Of a stretch of DNA of 64,000 bases, positions 9,040 through 18,571 are shown piece by piece. Position numbers and translations under genes: made by a program. This DNA comes from a virus: positions 1 to 64,000 of IMG/VR virus record IMGVR_UViG_3300044634_004833; one strand, 5' to 3'. Below the pieces are notes generated by a model. The model saw nothing but the letters and a program-made list of their open reading frames with translations, was not told the origin of the DNA and ran no database searches. Each line of letters starts with the position of its first letter. Position 1 is the first letter of the stretch.

Positions 9040-10014
9040 TCAAAATTTCCAGCGCAATTTTCTTAATGGGAATCCTTCGACTCCGCTATAGCAGAAGCTA
9101 TCTCCTTGTTTTAGCATTCTGTCTATTACGCTGCTGTGTGCATAGAAGCCTGCTGGGCTTGGATTGCCGGGACCAATATTATTGGTTCCCATATAAAGAC
9201 CCCAGCTATTTAAAATGAAACCATATTCTTGACCTTCTATTGTGGCGTATCCCAAAATTGCCATTTGGTGCGCCCAAGATCCGCTAGGACGACATATACC
9301 ATTCTTATCTCTGCTTGTTGTAAATCCTTGATTAGATGCAACACTTAATGCATAGCCTTGAGCTAATGCTTTCTTGGCAGAAGTCCAATCAGAAACTTTA
9401 GTGGTTGATTTTACAGGATGCTTCTTAACTAGAGGCTCTAAATCATTTGGAACTCCACTCGATCCCCATTGACGGCATAATGACTGAGAGTAATTTGTTA
9501 AATCATATTTGCCATCTAGGAATACTCCACGATTAATAATTCCATATGTATTAACAAATTTAGCAGCCCATGCACCGATGGAGCCATCGCCACGCAATCC
9601 GCCATTTCCTATTTCAATCCTACTTCCTCCATATACAACTTCTTGAACAAGAGGTTGGAATTCTTCATTTTGTCCTTGTGCTATCTCAATGCACATAACA
9701 TGTTCTATTGCTGAACAGCAACCGAATGCGACACAGCTTCCGACTTGACCTTGGTTGCGAGCAGGTAGTACATCACCAGTAACTTGTTTGGCAAAATCCC
9801 AGAGGTATACATGGTCTGGAAGTTCTTCGTCAGCATATGAAAAAGCAGGTGCCTCTGTGAAGTCTTTGATAGGTAGAGTATCGACTATGGCGGTAACAGC
9901 TACTGGGTCATCAACCCACCCGAATTCAACGCCATCTGGCACATAAGTAACTGAGGAATCAAAGCCTTCATTGGCTAGATTAGTCATATATGTTAAATAA
10001 TGTTCATTAGACAT
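9040..10014 (-). CDS. papain-like (C1) cysteine peptidase
   Basis: NQGQVGSCVAFG (Q, C), WAHQM (H), ILNSWG (N). Confidence 0.88.
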   Translation of the reverse strand: MSNEHYLTYMTNLANEGFDSSVTYVPDGVEFGWVDDPVAVTAIVDTLPIKDFTEAPAFSYADEELPDHVYLWDFAKQVTGDVLPARNQGQVGSCVAFGCCSAIEHVMCIEIAQGQNEEFQPLVQEVVYGGSRIEIGNGGLRGDGSIGAWAAKFVNTYGIINRGVFLDGKYDLTNYSQSLCRQWGSSGVPNDLEPLVKKHPVKSTTKVSDWTSAKKALAQGYALSVASNQGFTTSRDKNGICRPSGSWAHQMAILGYATIEGQEYGFILNSWGLYMGTNNIGPGNPSPAGFYAHSSVIDRMLKQGDSFCYSGVEGFPLRKLRWKF

Positions 10015-10729
10015 TGATGCCTCCTAGAGCGGTTAGTATTTTATTGAAGTTAGCTTTAATTTTTGTTCTGACTTCTGGTGTTAAAGAAGTGTTGCTATCG
10101 GTTCCGATTTCAGCGTCTGATTTATCGGCGCACATTTCTCTAATAGAGTCAATTTTTCCAGATTGAAGATTTCTATTTGAGAATGTTTTTACAGTAGCAA
10201 ATAGATCTCCTTGTGTTTTGTAATTAGGATTATCTACTTCCTTTAGGGCAAAAGAGTAGATGCTTATTAACTTTTTTACAGAAGCCGACTTGTCTTGTTC
10301 TTGTAATCCACCGTACATACTTTGAACAGCTTCATTGAATTGCTGGTCAGGAGGTGTTGGCGGAACAGGATTTGGCGGCATGGGACCGGGAGGAGTTGGC
10401 GGCACAGGATTGGGTGGCAATGGATCTGGACCGGGGTTTCCGACAACGAGTGTTGTGATGGCGGGATTACTTGGTTTGTTATCAATAGAGGTATAAGCCA
10501 GAACTCTGTATTTTCCTGGTTTTGATGCTACAACAACAGTAGTTTTTCTATCTGTTAGTAGATTTGATGGGAAAACAGATAGTCCTGCGTCTAATGGGAC
10601 GAATTGTACAATTTCGCCTTTTGTTACGGCGGTAATTGGAATGAATACAGAGGGCTCTCCCTTGACTGTTTCTGGCAGAGATATGTCTTGTCCAGAAATT
10701 AAAAACGAAGCGAATAATTGTAAGAACAT
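10007..10729 (-). CDS. exported protein with Pro-rich linker
   Basis: hydrophobic N-terminus, beta-rich domain, PPNPVPPTPP repeated twice. Confidence 0.75.
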   Translation of the reverse strand: MFLQLFASFLISGQDISLPETVKGEPSVFIPITAVTKGEIVQFVPLDAGLSVFPSNLLTDRKTTVVVASKPGKYRVLAYTSIDNKPSNPAITTLVVGNPGPDPLPPNPVPPTPPGPMPPNPVPPTPPDQQFNEAVQSMYGGLQEQDKSASVKKLISIYSFALKEVDNPNYKTQGDLFATVKTFSNRNLQSGKIDSIREMCADKSDAEIGTDSNTSLTPEVRTKIKANFNKILTALGGINV

Positions 10730-10738
10730 TTTTTCTCC

Positions 10739-11224
10739 TTATAGTTTTACTGATTCTTTGGTTTGTTCTTTAGATGTCCATTCTTCTATGGCTTTTATAA
10801 CAGCATCTAAAAGTTGAGGTCCATATTTTTGAATAAGAAATGGTAACAGCTTTTCAAATATAACACTTATAAGTTTTGGATTAAGACCTTTTATGTCTAA
10901 ATCTTTGAATAGAGTTGCTATTTCGGGGTCTGATTGTATAACATTTCCTAGTTCTGAAAATGGTTCTTGTTGTTCTCCGACAAGTCCTTTTGGTTTTTCT
11001 TCTTTTGTTTTCCACAAGGATACAATAAAGTCTAGAACTGTAGGGCCAAATAAACGCAGGCATTCCATTACAAATGGAAGGCTAAATCCATTTTTTAAAG
11101 CCGAAGAAACAATACTTAGTACTGTTGGGCCATATTTATTTAATAATTCTCCAACATCAGATGGTGAAAGACCAAATGATTGGGCTTCTAATATACCTAG
11201 TGATTGTGTTTCATTGTTTGACAT
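10739..11224 (-). CDS. amphipathic-helix repeat protein
   Basis: three (Y/F)GP.(V/L)L repeats. Confidence 0.65.
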   Translation of the reverse strand: MSNNETQSLGILEAQSFGLSPSDVGELLNKYGPTVLSIVSSALKNGFSLPFVMECLRLFGPTVLDFIVSLWKTKEEKPKGLVGEQQEPFSELGNVIQSDPEIATLFKDLDIKGLNPKLISVIFEKLLPFLIQKYGPQLLDAVIKAIEEWTSKEQTKESVKL

Positions 11225-11226
11225 GA

Positions 11227-11877
11227 TTAATTGCCTTTCGGTTGTAAGTTGTCCAATATGTCTGTGAATAATTTTAAATCTTTTGGAATGTTGCCAAAAT
11301 ATACATTGTTATTTTTAGTATCTTTTACAATAAGCATTCCTTGTGGAAAATTCTTAGAAGCATCTTTATATTGATCATCTGATAAAGAAGCTATATCAAT
11401 AGTTTTAAATGTTATACTGTTATATTTGCCGCCAAAATCTGTATATGGAACATTTATTATTTTGTTTTGTTCTGTGGTTAAAGAATTGTAATTTACATAA
11501 ATTGTAACAGAATATTTATCTGATGGTTTTTCTGGGGCTTTTGCTCCTTCTACTGTTATTTTTGTATTTGCAAAATCTGTTAATCCATTTTTTGTATTTG
11601 CTATAGCAAAAACATTAATAATTGATATGTCTTCAACATTATTAAATGTTAAAGTTTTTTTTGTTGAATCTTCTTTGTATAGACATGGTTTATTTGAAAT
11701 TACCAGCCATTTTACATTACCTTCTGTTCTAGCATTTACAACTATTTGTTTTGTATTTGGTAAAACTTTTATATCTGGAGTCAATTCTAATCCCGGCACA
11801 GCATTTAATTTTTGTGATTGGGATAAAGCAAAATTTGAAAGTAGAAATAATAAGGCTATAGATAATATATTTTTCAT
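11227..11877 (-). CDS. exported protein, N-domain paralogous to 10007..10729
   Basis: signal peptide MKNILSIALLFLLSNFALS; AAGGAG SD. Confidence 0.7.
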   Translation of the reverse strand: MKNILSIALLFLLSNFALSQSQKLNAVPGLELTPDIKVLPNTKQIVVNARTEGNVKWLVISNKPCLYKEDSTKKTLTFNNVEDISIINVFAIANTKNGLTDFANTKITVEGAKAPEKPSDKYSVTIYVNYNSLTTEQNKIINVPYTDFGGKYNSITFKTIDIASLSDDQYKDASKNFPQGMLIVKDTKNNNVYFGNIPKDLKLFTDILDNLQPKGN

Positions 11878-11930
11878 AGGGCTCTCCTTACTAATTGTAT
11901 GTATACAATTGGAATTTTTTCCTACTGAAT

Positions 11931-12025
11931 ACTATATTGAATTTGGGAAGCGAAATAATTGCTTGCCATGTTTTTCTCCTGCTCTCAGAGCGTGTAATTT
12001 TTCGGAATTACACGCTCTTTTTATT
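11931..12025 (+). ncRNA. candidate small RNA (5' hairpin, pyrimidine-rich anti-SD linker, terminator)
   Basis: ACTATATT box; stem 11944-11968; TTTTTCTCCTGCTCTC linker; 13-bp perfect stem 11987-12018 with TTCG-containing loop and T-run. Confidence 0.45.
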
Positions 12026-12028
12026 TAT

Positions 12029-13399
12029 ATGGACGAATTACTTATTGACTTTTTAGCCAAAGATTCAGAATCTAATATTAAAATTAATGTTATTGGCGAT
12101 TCAATGTTTGATGAATATCACAATGTTGAAGTTAAAAGAATAAGCCCGGAATTTCCTATTCCTGTATATAAATCGAATTCTGAAGTGGCATCTAATGGCC
12201 TTTTGCCTGGTGGAGCCGCTAATGTTGCGGCTCAATTAAAATATTTTAATGTTAATGTCGAGTTGGTTTCTTTAATTACGAATTTGGCGAAAGTAGTATT
12301 TGAATCGAATGATGTTAGTACAAAATATTCAAAAATAATAGACAATATGCAGATTCCCACGAAGAGAAGAATATATTCTGAAGGAATTCCTTTGGTAAGG
12401 TGGGATATTGAAAAAGAAAATTTTGGTTTAGATGATATTAAAAAATATTTGATGGATTTAATTATTCCTGATAGTGATTTCAATATTTTTTCTGATTATT
12501 CAAAAGGTTTGTTTAGTTATCCTTGGTTTAGGAAATTTTTTAATCAAGCTCCTTCTTTGGTAGATCCTAAAAATTCTGAAATAGACTTTTGGCAAGATTG
12601 CACTTATTTTAAGCCAAACAGCATAGAGGCTAGGTATTTATCAGAAAAAAAGAACTGGAAAGATCAAATTGAATATTTTATTGATTCAATAAGATGCAAG
12701 CATGTTGTAATTACACAAGGTGGAAATGGAATAGTAGGAAAAGATGAAGATTATTTTGAATACAATCCAAAAGACTTATCTGTAAATCCAGAAAGTTTGG
12801 TAGGGGCAGGAGATTGTTTTGCAGCATTTTTATCGATGGCAGCATGTCGAGGATTCAAGTTGGAGGATGCTGCAAAGATAGCTTATGTTGCCGGTTCATT
12901 GTATGTTAAGAGGAATTTTAACAAGCCTATAAGTCCCGGCGAATTATTGATTCATGCTGGAATTAAACATGTCACAGCCCCGCAGATTTTACAAAACAGA
13001 AATTTTAAATTAGTTGCTACAAATGGTTGTTTTGATTTGGTTCATGCTGGCCATTTGCAAAGTCTTAGGTATGCAAAGCAACAGGGAGATCGTTTAGTAG
13101 TATTGATTAATTCTGATGATAGCGTGGCAAAATTGAAAGGTGACTCCAGACCTATTTTGCCACTTCACAATAGACTACAGATGATAAAGAGTCTGGACAT
13201 GGTTGATTTTGTTGTTGTTTTTGATGAAAACACACCAGAAAATGTTCTTAGGAAAATAATGCCAGATGTTCTAGTAAAAGGTACTGAATACGAAAATAAA
13301 GAAGTGGTTGGTAGTAGCTTTATCAAGGAAATAAAGCTTGCTCCTATGATCAAAGGCATCTCTACAACGGATATTATAAAAAAAATAAAAAATTCATAG
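12029..13399 (+). CDS. hldE: bifunctional heptose-7-P kinase / heptose-1-P adenylyltransferase
   Basis: IGDSMFD, RISPE.P, GGAANVA, SDYSKG, VDPK, KPN..EA, GAGD; C-domain TNGCFDLVHAGH, NSD.SV..LKG..RP; likely start 12029. Confidence 0.9.
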   Translation: MDELLIDFLAKDSESNIKINVIGDSMFDEYHNVEVKRISPEFPIPVYKSNSEVASNGLLPGGAANVAAQLKYFNVNVELVSLITNLAKVVFESNDVSTKYSKIIDNMQIPTKRRIYSEGIPLVRWDIEKENFGLDDIKKYLMDLIIPDSDFNIFSDYSKGLFSYPWFRKFFNQAPSLVDPKNSEIDFWQDCTYFKPNSIEARYLSEKKNWKDQIEYFIDSIRCKHVVITQGGNGIVGKDEDYFEYNPKDLSVNPESLVGAGDCFAAFLSMAACRGFKLEDAAKIAYVAGSLYVKRNFNKPISPGELLIHAGIKHVTAPQILQNRNFKLVATNGCFDLVHAGHLQSLRYAKQQGDRLVVLINSDDSVAKLKGDSRPILPLHNRLQMIKSLDMVDFVVVFDENTPENVLRKIMPDVLVKGTEYENKEVVGSSFIKEIKLAPMIKGISTTDIIKKIKNS

Positions 13400-13412
13400 T
13401 AAATAACTTACT

Positions 13413-13664
13413 ATGAAAAAATTCTCTATTTGGATGGAAGAACGGCTACACGAATTGGCAGCGCCGGGGCAGCAGCCTGCTACTGGTACAGCCCCAGCTA
13501 CTACCAACACTTCTGCTACACAAAAAAACGATCCTAATAGTCCTGCATACAAACTTTTGTTGGCTAAAAATATTGGCAAAGTGATGACAGGCAATAAAAA
13601 AGACACTTTGGCAAACCAATTGGCTTTAGCTGTTGGCGCTACAGGTGAAGGGAAACAAGTTTAA
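13413..13664 (+). CDS. small protein with CTS-like N-terminus (KFSIWMEE)
   Basis: TAAATA 7 nt upstream of ATG, no SD. Confidence 0.65.
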   Translation: MKKFSIWMEERLHELAAPGQQPATGTAPATTNTSATQKNDPNSPAYKLLLAKNIGKVMTGNKKDTLANQLALAVGATGEGKQV

Positions 13665-13825
13665 TGACCTTCAAAGAATTTATAAAAATGGATGAGCATA
13701 AATGGAATAATCATGGTGGAGATAGAATGAAAACAATGAGTTCTCATATTAGAAAAGCTTTGCACACAAGCAGAAAGCCTTATATGGGAAGCATACATGA
13801 TTTTAAAAGTAAAAAAGGAAAGTAA
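13664..13825 (+). CDS. 53-aa basic protein with CTS-like N-terminus (MTFKEFIKMDE); not in the ORF track
   Basis: translated by hand; TAATG coupling to the upstream gene, and the next ATG follows 1 nt after its stop. Confidence 0.7.
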   Translation: MTFKEFIKMDEHKWNNHGGDRMKTMSSHIRKALHTSRKPYMGSIHDFKSKKGK

Positions 13826-13826
13826 G

Positions 13827-15179
13827 ATGTTTGTTGATATTTCTTTTGCTGAATGGCTATTGTTTTCGGAAATGGCAGTTGGTGGTGCGCCACATACATT
13901 CTTGCAGAAGAATCCAAGAAAGCCAGATCAGTCAGATCAGGATTTTATGGTTGTAGCCGGAAATACATTTCCTGTGAAAGATGATTTGAAGAGTGCTGGA
14001 TTTCAATTTTATATGCCGACAAAAACATGGAGCATACCTAGATGGAAATACAAAAGCATGAAGCCAGATTTAAAGGTTAGTTTGGAAAAGAAAGGAATTA
14101 GTTTTGATCCATTCGATATGCCAAGGGAGCAGATGCTGCCCCAAGAAGCACAAGAAAAAACGACTGACGAACAAATAAAAGATGACATTGAAAAAATTGC
14201 TAAAATGAGCAAAAATCAGCAGTATGAAAAGCTTGATGAAATGTTAGAAAAGCTTATCGATGATATTGGCACAATGACAGACGAAGCGAAAAAGAGTCAG
14301 TTGGTTAAGGACTTTTTGGCTATTGCAGCAAAGCTTTATCAATATTCTCCAAGAAACCAATGGCTAATATTTATCCAAAATCCTAAAGCTACAGATGTTC
14401 AAAGCGTTACCAAGTGGCAAAAGCTTGGCAGAAGACTTAAGCAAGGTGCTGATAAGAATAAGATTGCAATCTTTATTCCAATAGTTAAAAAAGAAGAAGC
14501 TATAAAACTTTCACAAGAAGAAGAAGAAAGATTAAAAGACCCACAAATTGAACCGTGGGAAGAAATCGAACTCAGAGATAAACAAAGAGGCGCAGCAACT
14601 GTTTATGGATACAAGATTGGTTATGTTTACGACATTCAAGATACAGAAGCTATTCCAGGTGCAAAAGCATATGATCCAGTATCTTATAGAACAGATAAGA
14701 ATGAGCCAGTTGAGGAATTAAAAGGAATTGTTGCAGCCTTATTAAATTATGCAAGCGAAAAAGGAATTCCTGTAACTTTTGAAGGCATGGATATAAAGAC
14801 TGGTGGATTTGCAACTAAAGACAAAGTAGTAATAAATAATACTTTTGATGGTATTAATAAAGCATCGGTCTTAATTCATGAGCTAGCACATAAATTTTTA
14901 CATTTTGGTCCCGAGAGAAAATCTTATAGAACTAAAGAGGAATATCAAATTGGAGAACTTGAAGCTGAATCAATAGCATCAATTGTATTAAACTTTTTTG
15001 GCTTCAATCCAACTACAGCTCCAAATTATCTTGCTTTATGGCGTGGCGATAAGAAACAAATCAAAGCCAGATCTGAAACTATTAAGAAGGGTGTTCAGGA
15101 ATTTATAAAAGCAATTGAAAAATATTATAGAGATTCTCATGTTCATGAAGACGAGTTTGAACAACAAGAAACAGTATAA
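13827..15179 (+). CDS. ArdC/LtrC-like ssDNA-binding domain + zincin metallopeptidase, CTS-like N-terminus
   Basis: YSPRNQWLI..Q.P.AT.V....W..LGR (ArdC-N-like), HELAH...ELEAE; N-terminus SFAEWLLFSE. Confidence 0.75.
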   Translation: MFVDISFAEWLLFSEMAVGGAPHTFLQKNPRKPDQSDQDFMVVAGNTFPVKDDLKSAGFQFYMPTKTWSIPRWKYKSMKPDLKVSLEKKGISFDPFDMPREQMLPQEAQEKTTDEQIKDDIEKIAKMSKNQQYEKLDEMLEKLIDDIGTMTDEAKKSQLVKDFLAIAAKLYQYSPRNQWLIFIQNPKATDVQSVTKWQKLGRRLKQGADKNKIAIFIPIVKKEEAIKLSQEEEERLKDPQIEPWEEIELRDKQRGAATVYGYKIGYVYDIQDTEAIPGAKAYDPVSYRTDKNEPVEELKGIVAALLNYASEKGIPVTFEGMDIKTGGFATKDKVVINNTFDGINKASVLIHELAHKFLHFGPERKSYRTKEEYQIGELEAESIASIVLNFFGFNPTTAPNYLALWRGDKKQIKARSETIKKGVQEFIKAIEKYYRDSHVHEDEFEQQETV

Positions 15180-15330
15180 TTAAAATAATATTAATTAATT
15201 AGTTTAAATAGATACCAAATATTTATTTTTTGCTAGTTTGTATTAATTTTGTTTTATATATAAATAAAGTGTTTAGTATGAATGAAATGTGTGTAAGAAA
15301 GGATTTTTAGTAATATATAGGAGGTTTATT

Positions 15331-15600
15331 ATGTCAAAGCGCTTTGATTTTGGTGAAGACGATTTCTTCAAGAAAGACGACGACGGCAGCAGCGAAGAAA
15401 TAAACTTCAGAGATGAGTTGTTTGCAGCACAGCAGGAACAAACAGATCTTTTGAAAATGGATGTAGACGAAAAGATTTTAAATGATGCAATATCTTTGGC
15501 GAGTAAAGATTGGATTTGGTGTTTTAGAAGTGCAAAAAGTAAAATTGATATTATTGCTAGAACATATAGAAGTTTGAAAAAAATTGTTGATAAGAAATAA
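15331..15600 (+). CDS. hypothetical protein
   Basis: GGAGG SD before ATG 15331. Confidence 0.65.
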   Translation: MSKRFDFGEDDFFKKDDDGSSEEINFRDELFAAQQEQTDLLKMDVDEKILNDAISLASKDWIWCFRSAKSKIDIIARTYRSLKKIVDKK

Positions 15601-15621
15601 AAAAATAATTTTTCTAACTTT

Positions 15622-15660
15622 ATTAACCGGAGAGAGAAATCCTCCGGTTAATTTTTTTTT
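15622..15660 (+). terminator. intrinsic terminator-like hairpin
   Basis: ATTAACCGGAG...CTCCGGTTAAT followed by a T-run. Confidence 0.7.
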
Positions 15661-15671
15661 GGAGATAGCTT

Positions 15672-15998
15672 ATGCCTGTCTATGTTTTTACTTGCACCAA
15701 CTGCAATCATTATTATGAAAGTTTAGAATCATTTGATCCAACTGGGAAATACAAACAAGTTTCCTGTACTCAATGTAAATCAAAAAGAAAAAAGTTAGGC
15801 GTAACTGCTGCAGCAATTAAGTTTACAAATCCTAAAGATACAAGTAAGTTTGATAACTTTGACTATCGTGCTGGATATAATTTAGAGCAGGCTCAGAATC
15901 TAAGAAGAGAAGCCGAAAAGGAATCTCATGTTGGTTCTAGTCCGTATAATAGTATAGATGACATAAGTGGCGGCGAGCACTTTGGAGAAGTTGAATAA
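15672..15998 (+). CDS. FmdB-family zinc-ribbon protein
   Basis: MPVY.F.C..C ... C..C. Confidence 0.75.
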   Translation: MPVYVFTCTNCNHYYESLESFDPTGKYKQVSCTQCKSKRKKLGVTAAAIKFTNPKDTSKFDNFDYRAGYNLEQAQNLRREAEKESHVGSSPYNSIDDISGGEHFGEVE

Positions 15999-16019
15999 TT
16001 CAAAGATTGGAGAAGTTTA

Positions 16020-18092
16020 ATGAGCAAGCTTAGTGAAATTGGAAAGAATTACAATAAAGAAGAATTTACAGTAATAAACGAAGAAATTAGCTTTGATGAG
16101 TATTTGGAAAAAATTTATAAAAATCCAAAGCTTGTTAGAACATCATATCAAAGATTGTATGATATGATTGTTTCTTGTGGTTCTTATGAAGTTGAAAAAT
16201 ATAGAAAAATAATAACACATTATAAGTTTTTTGACGATTTGTCTATACCAATTTTTGGATTGGAAGAAACTCTTGATAGATTTGTTAAGCACATTAAGGG
16301 TGCTGCGGGTTTTTATGGTACTGAAAAGAGAATTTTGCTTCTACACGGGCCGGTTGGTAGTTCCAAGAGTACGATTTGTAGATTGTTGAAGAAGGGTTTG
16401 GAAAAGTACAGTCGTACTGATGATGGTGCGTGGTATTCTTTTAAATGGGTAAATCTACCAACCGGCGCAGATGGTCTTTATGTTTCTGAAACAGATATGT
16501 GTCCTATGCACGAAGAACCTCTTCGTTTGCTTCCATTGGAAATGCGACAAGGTGTTTTAAAAGAACTAAATAAGGTTCACAGGGAACAAGCTGAAGAAAG
16601 TAGCTTGCCTACTTTGTATTCATTAAATGTTGAAGGTGAGTTAGATCCAAGATGCAAGTTTTTTATGAAGAGCTTGCTTAAAAAGTATAATGGAGACTGG
16701 GAAAAGGTTATTGAAAATCATATTCGTGTTGTAAGAATGGTTCATAGCGAATCTGACAGAGTTGGAATTGCTACATTTCAACCTAAAGATGAGAAGAATC
16801 AAGATAGCACTGAATTAACAGGTGATATTAACTTCTCTAAGATTAGTCAATTTGGTTCTGATTCAGACCCTAGAGCATTCTCTTTTGATGGAGAGCTTTG
16901 CATCGGCAACCGTGGTGTTGTCGAATTTATTGAAATGTTGAAGCTTGAGCAAGCCTTCTTATACGACTTGCTTGGAGCATCTCAAGAAAAGTCTATTAAG
17001 CCAAAGAAATTTAGTCAGATTCAAGTTGATATGGCTATTATTGGTCACACCAATCAACCTGAATTTGAGAAACTTAAGAACAATCCATTCATGGAAGCCT
17101 TGCGAGATAGAACTGTTAAGATTGATGTTCCATACCTATTAAAATGGACAGATGAATTGAAAGTCTTAGAGCAAGATTACGGCTCAGATAGAGTAAAGCA
17201 GCATGTTGCTCCTCACACATTAGAAATTGCATCTCTTTGGGCAATTCTTACAAGATTGGAAGATGACAAGGACGGAAAGCTTTCTTTGGTTGAAAAGGCC
17301 GAGCTTTATAATGACAAGATGTTGCCGGGATGGACTGAAGACAGTGTTAAGGAACTTCGTGACAAGTTTCCAAATGAAGGAATGAATGGAGGAGTTAGTG
17401 CAAGATATGTGCAAGATAAGATTGCAAATTGTCTATCAGATAGACATGATTACATAAATCCATTTATGGTTTTAAATGCTTTGCAAGATGGATTGGATAA
17501 TCATAGTTTGATTACTAATAAGGACCAAGCAAAGAGATACGCAGATTGTGTTATTTTTGCCAAGAATAAGTTAGATGATATTCTTAAGGCGGAGGTTCAA
17601 AAGGCTTTGATTGGTGATGAGGATGCCGTTGTAAGGTTGTGTGCCAATTATATTGATAATATAATGGCATACATTAACAAATCTAAGGTTAAGAATCCTT
17701 ATACTGGTAGAGAAGAAAGTCCAGATGAAAGATTCATGAGAAATATTGAATCTAAGATTGATGTTCCAGAAAATGGTGTTGATGATTTTAGGCGAATGAT
17801 CGCAGCTTTTATTGGTGAGTTAAGCCATAAAAAGAAGCAATTTCGCTGGGATTCTAATGCTTTGTTAAAGAAAGCGTTTGAAGCTAAATTATTTGAAGAT
17901 ACAAAGGATCATATTAAGCTTTCCAGTTTGCATGTTAGCGGCGCTACTGTTGTAGATGATAAGCATCAAGAGAAAATTGATGCTATAATTGAAAGGATGA
18001 AGTCTTTGGGCTACAACCAACAATCTGCAAGAGATGTGTTGGATTATGTTGGCTCAATATTCGCCCGAGGTGATTTGGCTGACCAAGATTAG
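16020..18092 (+). CDS. prkA: PrkA/YeaG-family AAA+ ATPase / serine kinase
   Basis: LLLHGPVGSSKS, CPMHEEPL, DPRAFSFDG, NRG..EFIE, EALRDR. Confidence 0.93.
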   Translation: MSKLSEIGKNYNKEEFTVINEEISFDEYLEKIYKNPKLVRTSYQRLYDMIVSCGSYEVEKYRKIITHYKFFDDLSIPIFGLEETLDRFVKHIKGAAGFYGTEKRILLLHGPVGSSKSTICRLLKKGLEKYSRTDDGAWYSFKWVNLPTGADGLYVSETDMCPMHEEPLRLLPLEMRQGVLKELNKVHREQAEESSLPTLYSLNVEGELDPRCKFFMKSLLKKYNGDWEKVIENHIRVVRMVHSESDRVGIATFQPKDEKNQDSTELTGDINFSKISQFGSDSDPRAFSFDGELCIGNRGVVEFIEMLKLEQAFLYDLLGASQEKSIKPKKFSQIQVDMAIIGHTNQPEFEKLKNNPFMEALRDRTVKIDVPYLLKWTDELKVLEQDYGSDRVKQHVAPHTLEIASLWAILTRLEDDKDGKLSLVEKAELYNDKMLPGWTEDSVKELRDKFPNEGMNGGVSARYVQDKIANCLSDRHDYINPFMVLNALQDGLDNHSLITNKDQAKRYADCVIFAKNKLDDILKAEVQKALIGDEDAVVRLCANYIDNIMAYINKSKVKNPYTGREESPDERFMRNIESKIDVPENGVDDFRRMIAAFIGELSHKKKQFRWDSNALLKKAFEAKLFEDTKDHIKLSSLHVSGATVVDDKHQEKIDAIIERMKSLGYNQQSARDVLDYVGSIFARGDLADQD

Positions 18093-18103
18093 GAGATCTG
18101 AAC

Positions 18104-18331
18104 ATGGTTACGAATCTTAAGAACAAGTGGCTTACAAATGTTAAAAATCTTCAATTGATTGATGATTTGGACGAGCATCTTATGAATGCATGGGCATCTG
18201 ATGCTACTATCGGTGAGTTTTTGAATAGTTTGCCAGACAACTTGAAAAAAACTTTCCTAAATCTAACTTTAAATGTTCCTGTAAGGACTGATGAAGGATT
18301 TGAGATCAATCTAAATTTGCCCGCTAAGTGA
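18104..18331 (+). CDS. small hypothetical protein inside the prkA operon
   Basis: AGGAG SD, 75 aa. Confidence 0.6.
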   Translation: MVTNLKNKWLTNVKNLQLIDDLDEHLMNAWASDATIGEFLNSLPDNLKKTFLNLTLNVPVRTDEGFEINLNLPAK

Positions 18332-18345
18332 GTTAGTTTTATGGA

Positions 18346-18404
18346 TATCCTGCTTCTTTTTTATTTAAATTTGGTCACCCCAATTTATGAAAAGAAGCAG
18401 GATA
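18346..18404. other. long hairpin, 15-bp perfect stem, TCACCCC in the apical part
   Basis: TATCCTGCTTCTTTT/AAAAGAAGCAGGATA. Confidence 0.65.
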
Positions 18405-18571
18405 CTTACGTTATATCATTTGATATTTAAAAGTAAAAAAACTGAAAATTTTGTTTTAAGCCATATAGATTCAGTTGCTACAATTAATGGAATTAAAATT
18501 TTTTCAAACACAGAAAATGTGATTCTTGTAGAAAATGTAAATTTTTTTGAATATTAAGAAAAGGGGCTGGT

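Noticed and set aside
11627-12028. 134-aa N-terminal extension of HldE in the ORF track
   Set aside because: Overlaps a real minus-strand gene and a terminator; homology begins near ATG 12029. Similar over-extensions were trimmed for thyX, dnaE-N and others.
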